Below, piece by piece: positions 47,309 to 52,745 of a stretch of DNA of 52,745 bases. Every line of letters begins with the position of its first letter. The first letter of the stretch is position 1. The notes under the pieces were generated by a model. It had not been told where the DNA came from. It worked only from the letters and a program-made list of their open reading frames with translations, and ran no database searches. A program made the position numbers and the translations under genes. The DNA is taken from positions 661 through 53,405 of the forward strand of contig JACOZQ010000024.1 of the NCBI GenBank assembly GCA_016181275.1. Reading direction: 5' to 3'. The DNA is from Candidatus Woesearchaeota archaeon. GTDB lineage: Archaea > Nanobdellota > Nanobdellia > SCGC-AAA011-G17 > ARS1403.

Positions 47309-47422
47309 TGAACAGCACCAGGAATTTCCCCCAATTATTGGAGTACAGTTCTAGGCGTTGTCCTGCTTAACTTCCGTGTTCAGATGGGAACGGGTGGAAC
47401 CAGGACACTATGACCGTCCATC
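47307..47422 (-). rRNA. 5S ribosomal RNA
   Basis: The reverse complement reads GAUGGACGGUCAUAGUGUCCUGGUUCCACCCGUUCCCAUCUGAACACGGAAGUUAAGCAGGACAACGCC...CUGGUGCUGUUCAUC. Helix I end-pairing, GUCCUG/CAGGAC helix II, and the conserved GAAC...GGAAGUUAAGC region are all present. Confidence 0.85.
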
Positions 47423-47480
47423 AATAAAGAAGCAGCAAAAATGGATTTTTAAAGTTTACCCAAAAAAGAAAGTTTTAAAT

Positions 47481-47500
47481 AGTATTACGATAGTAATACT
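47481..47500. promoter_or_regulatory. Inverted repeat AGTATTAC-GATA-GTAATACT between a TATA-like box and the antitoxin start
   Basis: The 8-bp perfect arms lie directly after TTTTAAAT (47473-47480) and 3 nt before ATG 47504. Confidence 0.4.
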
Positions 47501-47503
47501 TTT

Positions 47504-47695
47504 ATGAAAACCGTTCCGGCAAAGCTTACTGAAAAATTAGTAGTTGAAGCAGACAATCTAATCAAAGAAGGATGGTATGCAAACAAATCAGAGTTAATTA
47601 GAGATGCTATTAGAGAATTAATTAATAAAACAAAGATGCAAAAACTTGAGAAGGCAATAAAAGAAGATGTAAAATGGGGGTTATATGGAAAATGA
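47504..47695 (+). CDS. Small antitoxin-like protein (RHH/UPF0175-like)
   Basis: The pattern KTVPAKLTEKLVVEADNLIKEGWYANKSELIRDAIRELI fits the family. It overlaps the downstream PIN-like gene by 11 nt. Confidence 0.55.
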   Translation: MKTVPAKLTEKLVVEADNLIKEGWYANKSELIRDAIRELINKTKMQKLEKAIKEDVKWGLYGK

Positions 47696-48170
47696 AAGCT
47701 GTTCTGACAGCGGGCCTCTAATTCATTTAAACGAAATACATTCCTTACAATTATTCAAAATTTTTTCTAAGATTCATATTACAACCATTATTAAAGAGGA
47801 GATAAAAAAATATGAAATTAAATTGCCATCAAGGTTTGTTGTTGATAATATAAATAAGGACCAGATTTTGCTAATATCTGAAAGATATGGAATAGATCTC
47901 GGAGAATCCTCTACCATATGGCTGTGCAAATCATTAAATATATCTATTTTTCTTACTGATGATTTGGAAGCAAGGGAAACTGCTGAAAGTTTAGATCTGA
48001 GCCCCATTGGTACGATCGGAATAATATTAAGAAGCTTTAGGGAGGATATTATTAAAAAAGAAGATGCAATAATTTTATTGAAAGAGATATATCAGTCTTC
48101 TTCACTTTTCGTTACTTCTTCACTCATACAATATGCTATAAGAGAAATAAATAACTACAAGAAAAAATAA
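47685..48170 (+). CDS. DUF3368-type PIN-like protein (putative toxin)
   Basis: SDSGPLIHLNEI, DLGESSTIWLCK, FLTDDLEARETAESL and GTIGIILRSF follow the DUF3368 pattern. Confidence 0.65.
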   Translation: MENESCSDSGPLIHLNEIHSLQLFKIFSKIHITTIIKEEIKKYEIKLPSRFVVDNINKDQILLISERYGIDLGESSTIWLCKSLNISIFLTDDLEARETAESLDLSPIGTIGIILRSFREDIIKKEDAIILLKEIYQSSSLFVTSSLIQYAIREINNYKKK

Positions 48171-48174
48171 ATTA

Positions 48175-48852
48175 TTAACTGAAAGTTTTTCTCTCTGTAA
48201 AACTATAATAACTATCCTTTCCGATTATCACATGGTCTAAAACCGGAATTGACAATAGCCTTCCCGAATCCTTTAAAATTTTTGTTACTTCGATGTCCGG
48301 CTGAGATGGATTTGAGTTTCCATTCGGATGATTATGTACTAGAATTATTGAATCAGCGCTATCCTTTATTGCTTCTTTGAAAACTTCTCTTGGATGGACT
48401 AAAGTTGTATTCAAAGTTCCAACGCTTATTTCTTTTATGCAGATAACTTCTCTCTTTGTGTCCAATAAAACTGTAAATAAAACTTCTTTCTTGTAATTTT
48501 TAACTTTATCAGACAGCATATCATTAATCTGCCTTGCTGATATGATTGCTTTTTTGTTGTATCCTCCTTTCACTAATTTATTACATCTTTTATTCAACTC
48601 TATAAAGCTGAGAATTTTCAATGCTACTATCCTGTCATTATTGCATTCTTTTTTCAATCCCTCAAAACCTAATTCTTCCAATCTATTAAAATTATATTTT
48701 TTCAATAATTTGTTAGCAAGATTAACAATGCTTCCATTTTTTGTTTTTCCAAGCAAGATTTCAAGCAATTCGGAATCAGATAATTTTTCAGCTCCTTCCC
48801 TGATTAATCTGTTTCCTGGACGATCGTACCATGGCATATCTAAAATTCCCAT
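48175..48852 (-). CDS. radC: RadC-family JAB/MPN-domain protein
   Basis: The JAMM motif is LVHNHPNGNSNPSQPD. The N-terminal helix-hairpin-helix-like region is SDSELLEILLGKT. Confidence 0.85.
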   Translation of the reverse strand: MGILDMPWYDRPGNRLIREGAEKLSDSELLEILLGKTKNGSIVNLANKLLKKYNFNRLEELGFEGLKKECNNDRIVALKILSFIELNKRCNKLVKGGYNKKAIISARQINDMLSDKVKNYKKEVLFTVLLDTKREVICIKEISVGTLNTTLVHPREVFKEAIKDSADSIILVHNHPNGNSNPSQPDIEVTKILKDSGRLLSIPVLDHVIIGKDSYYSFTERKTFS

Positions 48853-48883
48853 ACTTCTCCATTGTAAAAATAAAACAAAAAAT

Positions 48884-51800
48884 TTATGCCGGCTGCTTCA
48901 TTCTCATAACTATATTATCGACTGCAAATTGCCTTCCATTAGGATCAAGTGAAAAAGTAAGCCTCTCTGCGGCATCTAATTTCCAGCCAGCTGTTTTTAA
49001 ATTATTCAATGGGATGCTCACAAGCCTCCATTCATCGTCGACAACGCCACCATCAATATAATCTTTAATGTTTACAACATTGCTTCCATAATTCCAAGTA
49101 GTTATCTTAAAAGTCCAGTCATCTTTTCCGTGGTCTCCATTGTTCCTGAAATAAAACTCGATTTTTTCAAAGGGAGAAAGATTTCTTCTTCCCTCATTTC
49201 CACAGTATAAATTATAGCTTGGAGCATTCCATCTTCCAGGTTTTCCCAATAATGCTTTGCCTCCGCCATATCCAATCGTCTCTTCTCCCCAGCATTTGCT
49301 TCCCAAAATAGGAACAGAATTTTCCTCTCCGTCGTATAATATTAAATCTCCTGCATTAAGTCTCGGCAATTCAGGCAAATCTCCAGAGGTTTTGATTCCA
49401 AAATTAATAACTGTATCAGATCCTAATGAAGCTCCAAATAAGTCGACTGGATAAACTCTCAAGGTATGATAGCCATGAGGGATATTTTCAAAAGTATATG
49501 ACCCATCATCAGATCTTACTTGAAGATAATTATCCAGCTGCATTATCACTCCGGAATAATCCTCATTGTCTTCATTTACTTGATAATTAACTGCAAATGA
49601 ATTTGTATTTAATACATCTCCATTTTTAAGAGATAAAATACTAATGCCGGAATTATCTACTTCAAAATTTAACGGCTCTGCCAGTCCATTAAATACTCCA
49701 TACAAAGGAATTGCTGTTACAGGTGTATTATTGTCGAAATTAGAATACAATCTATAATCTCTTCCTGATAAATCATAATTTGTTGCTGTTACTTCTGCTC
49801 CTTCTGCAATCGGTATTTTAAATAGAATATTGATTTGATTGCTCGCGAAGTCTACATTGTTTAATTTCAAATCATCATTTAATCCTTCTCTGTATTCTAC
49901 CACTAAGTTTTGATAATTGCTCAAATATGTATTTTCAATTGTTCCGCCTTTTGGGGGGTTGCTGTATCCTGTTTCAAAATTAACTATTCTCCCACCTAAA
50001 ATGTTTACTGCAAGATTTGCTCCATTATTAATTCTATAACCCAATCCCTTTCCGCCTCCGACAAAATTAGGATTTTCAATTGTTAAATTTCCTGAAACAT
50101 GCTCTGTATTTACCCCATGCGAATTATATCCATAATGCATTAGCTTAAAGTTTTTAATTAAATCACTATTTGAATAAGACAATCTTAATCCGTTTGGTGA
50201 AATTATTTCTGCTATATTATTTTCAAATGCTCCATATTTTTGTACAGGTATTCCGATTTGAATATATTTTCCTTTTATTTCTCCAGGAATTCCATCAATA
50301 TAAGGCACAATCCCTTTTACAAAACTTGGATGCCTATAGTATGCATAACCTGCTATGTTAAAGTAACCAGCAGCAAGATTATTTTTTACCTGCAATAAAG
50401 GACCTCTAAACCAATAGCCAAATCCTCCTGCACCCATATCCTCTCCATTCAGCCTGTTAAATCTCCCAGTGTCATCAACTCCAGAGCCGCCGCCGAGACC
50501 TAAAACAAAATTTTTCTCTACAATGCCCGTTTCTACTCCATCCTCTGCAAAAATTCCAGAGCCACCAGCTCCAATAATTGTATTTCCAATTATATCGCCA
50601 TAGCTGTCGTGATTTACAATTCCAAATCTTGGAGATGTTACAATAGAATTTCCTTCAAACAAGAATTTCTCATGAGCATGATGCACGTGCAATGCATACC
50701 TTGCTCTCTGATTTTTTCCAATGCTTAAAATATTTCCAGCCTCGTCGTATTTTGTGTCTTCTCTTTCAGCTACAAGCGTCCTTCCCATACCCTCAATCCT
50801 GGCGTTTTTCACAATTGCTTTTACATGTCCAGCGAGTAATATTTGACCTCTTCTCTTAATGTCATCAAAAGCTAAATTTTTATTCTGGTCAAAATCATCT
50901 TTAATCATGACATTGTCTCCATCTGATTTAAGAATAATATTTCTTGCTGGATTTACCACATAACCATCATGTTCATATTGTAAAGATTTATCTAAAATGA
51001 TCTGATTTCCCGATATATTTAATATTGTTGCAATCTCATGCTTAGGATCATGATCCATATTGTATGCAAAAGCAGTTCCTCTTGTCGTATCTTCAACATA
51101 TAATTTATTTCCAGCTCTCCAGCCGGTTGAATTTTCAACAAAGATTACATTTGAACCATTGACTGTTTTTTGCAATAATTTTGTCCATGGAATTTGTGCT
51201 TGAGCTCCCTCAATATTTACTTTACCGCCATCAGTCATTAATCCTAGATTAAATTGCCCGGGATCTTCATCCAGGTCAACTTCCCCTAAAAAAATTATTT
51301 CAGTATCAATAAATGGATTGTCATTTTTAATCTCAAATTCCCCGGTTTTATACACATGAATTGTCCCTACTGTTAACTTTGTATCTATTGTATTATCAAA
51401 ACTTAATTTTCCTTTTAGTACAACTGCTCTAAATTTATCATCTGAAATATCATCATAAACAACTTCTGCCCCTTCTGATATTAACACAACATCATTCTCA
51501 TCCAAAACATTATCCTCAAATATTTCCGACCATGTATATTTTAAGGATTCATTATCTATCCCTTCAAAAAATGTTTCCAATGGATAATCTGAATTTTCCC
51601 TTACTGTACTGCTAATAACAACATCATCAATATCACCATCAAAATTTCCTAGTGCTAAACCCCAATCACTATTTCTTCCATAGTTTGGAGGGGCTTTTTG
51701 AGATCCCAATAAAACATCATCAACATAAAAGCTTACATTTTCATTTTCATCAAAGGTAATTCTTAATTGATGCCATTGGTTGCTTGCTACACTATCATTC

Positions 51801-52438
51801 CATATTTGCGGGCTAATTATTGAGTATTTGTTAGCGCTAAAACTTGGAACTCTAGGATTATTCCATTTTCCATCAATTAAAGAAAAATAACTGTCCCAGC
51901 TCTGTGATAATGAGACTACTGGAAAATTATTAATGCTCCATGATTTATAATTTCTAGGAAATATTTTTGCTTCTATAGTTAATTTAGAAGGTGTAGTGCC
52001 ACCCATTACAAGCATATCAGGAATGTTAATTGTTGCATTATCATCTAAATTTGAAGTTCTCAAAACTTTATTTCCATTATCATCTACAATCTGGGCATTT
52101 CCTTGAACATTCAAGTCAAAGCCATTTGGTCCAGCATCATTAAAGCTATCTTCAAAATTATACAAAGCTATGATATTAGGATCTTTTACTGTTTTGCTTA
52201 AATTTGCTCCTTCAATTTTAATGGTTGCTGTCAGCTCATTATTTGGTATCCAGTCTCCCATCATTTCTCCTAATGCTCCATGATGATGCTGCGCAAAATA
52301 AATAGGAATTTTCTCTCCTGATTCCCATTCAGGATTTAAGATAGTACATTTATTATTATCACACAATTCTGCTAAAGACGTCGGCACCGATAGAGATAGA
52401 AATAAAAGTGAAATAATAATTAAAAATTTTAGTTTCAT
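48884..52438 (-). CDS. Large secreted protein: signal peptide, LamG/ConA-like domain, G8-like domain, right-handed beta-helix region, C-terminal beta-sandwich modules
   Basis: - Signal peptide MKLKFLIIISLLFLSLSVPTSLA.
- LamG-like WHQLRITFDENENVSFYVDDVLLG.
- G8-like YTWSEIFEDNVLDENDVVLISEGAEVVYD...LKGKLSFD.
- ARYALHVHHA resembles the G8/PbH1 RYPIHFH motif.
- Gly-rich repeats typical of a parallel beta-helix. Confidence 0.7.
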   Translation of the reverse strand: MKLKFLIIISLLFLSLSVPTSLAELCDNNKCTILNPEWESGEKIPIYFAQHHHGALGEMMGDWIPNNELTATIKIEGANLSKTVKDPNIIALYNFEDSFNDAGPNGFDLNVQGNAQIVDDNGNKVLRTSNLDDNATINIPDMLVMGGTTPSKLTIEAKIFPRNYKSWSINNFPVVSLSQSWDSYFSLIDGKWNNPRVPSFSANKYSIISPQIWNDSVASNQWHQLRITFDENENVSFYVDDVLLGSQKAPPNYGRNSDWGLALGNFDGDIDDVVISSTVRENSDYPLETFFEGIDNESLKYTWSEIFEDNVLDENDVVLISEGAEVVYDDISDDKFRAVVLKGKLSFDNTIDTKLTVGTIHVYKTGEFEIKNDNPFIDTEIIFLGEVDLDEDPGQFNLGLMTDGGKVNIEGAQAQIPWTKLLQKTVNGSNVIFVENSTGWRAGNKLYVEDTTRGTAFAYNMDHDPKHEIATILNISGNQIILDKSLQYEHDGYVVNPARNIILKSDGDNVMIKDDFDQNKNLAFDDIKRRGQILLAGHVKAIVKNARIEGMGRTLVAEREDTKYDEAGNILSIGKNQRARYALHVHHAHEKFLFEGNSIVTSPRFGIVNHDSYGDIIGNTIIGAGGSGIFAEDGVETGIVEKNFVLGLGGGSGVDDTGRFNRLNGEDMGAGGFGYWFRGPLLQVKNNLAAGYFNIAGYAYYRHPSFVKGIVPYIDGIPGEIKGKYIQIGIPVQKYGAFENNIAEIISPNGLRLSYSNSDLIKNFKLMHYGYNSHGVNTEHVSGNLTIENPNFVGGGKGLGYRINNGANLAVNILGGRIVNFETGYSNPPKGGTIENTYLSNYQNLVVEYREGLNDDLKLNNVDFASNQINILFKIPIAEGAEVTATNYDLSGRDYRLYSNFDNNTPVTAIPLYGVFNGLAEPLNFEVDNSGISILSLKNGDVLNTNSFAVNYQVNEDNEDYSGVIMQLDNYLQVRSDDGSYTFENIPHGYHTLRVYPVDLFGASLGSDTVINFGIKTSGDLPELPRLNAGDLILYDGEENSVPILGSKCWGEETIGYGGGKALLGKPGRWNAPSYNLYCGNEGRRNLSPFEKIEFYFRNNGDHGKDDWTFKITTWNYGSNVVNIKDYIDGGVVDDEWRLVSIPLNNLKTAGWKLDAAERLTFSLDPNGRQFAVDNIVMRMKQPA

Positions 52439-52551
52439 TAATTAACCCTCCCAATTTCTGATTTCCAAAAGAAGGGTTTAAAAAGATTTATAAATATTTG
52501 GAGTATATAATATATATAAAAAATTAAATGATTTGTTGGGTGACAAGATTC

Positions 52552-52745
52552 ATGAAAATTGGCTATAAGATTCTATTTGGATATTTTATGTCAATTTTCC
52601 TATTTAGCTCGGTAATTTATGCAGCAGGCAGTGGAAGCGGCGGAACAATAAGAAGAGCTCAAACAAGTCAAGCTGAAGTTAAAGAACCAGAGACAACCAA
52701 GACTGAACAAATTCAAAAACCGGTTGCTGATTTATCTATTGGATT
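52552..52745 (+). CDS. 5' part of a secreted or membrane protein, truncated by the window end
   Basis: The frame is open from ATG 52552 (or 52528) to the window end. It begins MKIGYKILFGYFMSIFLFSSVIYAAGSGSGG, a signal-peptide-like N-terminus. Confidence 0.4.
   Translation, partial: MKIGYKILFGYFMSIFLFSSVIYAAGSGSGGTIRRAQTSQAEVKEPETTKTEQIQKPVADLSIG

Noticed and set aside
48542-49061. Plus-strand ORFs 48542-48952 and 48831-49061, opposite radC and the large secreted protein.
   Set aside because: They are antisense to two motif-supported genes, and their products are low-complexity.

Overview
The window is AT-rich and gene-dense, and it reads as a small-genome, DPANN-like archaeon. Archaeal markers are an intron-containing tRNA-Trp, RNase P protein Rpp21, an archaeal-type PGK, a stand-alone 5S rRNA, an MJ0037-type phosphoesterase, TATA-like boxes about 25-30 nt upstream of starts, and an intein-bearing Lhr-type helicase. 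These are mixed with many bacterial-flavoured genes: NrdR plus class I RNR, two CspA-type proteins, RadC, MsrB and a DEAD-box helicase.

Layout by coordinate:
- 0-1.7 kb: msrB, an acidic-tailed cold-shock protein and tRNA-Trp.
- 1.9-10.1 kb: a tightly packed same-strand cluster. It encodes a ParA/MinD-type ATPase with an inserted coiled coil, a bitopic coiled-coil membrane protein, a secreted protein with a beta-barrel-like C-terminus, and two large modular surface proteins. I consider this the best candidate for an undescribed system.
- 10.2-26.9 kb: housekeeping genes (DUF192, ATP-grasp, Nudix, nitrilase-family, SMC, a divergent PolB-like protein, RNase HII, wHTH-PGK, dCMP deaminase, Lhr with a 528-aa LAGLIDADG intein).
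- 26.9-33.4 kb: an accessory stretch rich in toxin-antitoxin-like pairs. It also holds an RHH-led three-gene cassette of unknown function and a DEAD-helicase/zinc-ribbon/Csp operon. One TA cassette appears to have inserted between two formerly overlapping genes, leaving a 30-nt duplication.
- 34.6-43.9 kb: a nucleotide-metabolism block. It holds a MtrA/DUF4346-like::ThyA-like fusion + HAD + ParB/Srx-like trio, nrdR-nrdA-nrdB (class Ic signature) with a ferredoxin, a MiaB-family enzyme with a detached TRAM ORF, and a monothiol Grx-like protein.
- 45.8-47.4 kb: a wHTH-nucleotidyltransferase/HEPN module bracketed by the 5S rRNA gene and a partial 5S-like copy.
- 47.5-52.7 kb: another TA pair, RadC, and a 1184-aa secreted LamG/G8/beta-helix protein.

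All calls come from motif recognition by eye. No searches were run.
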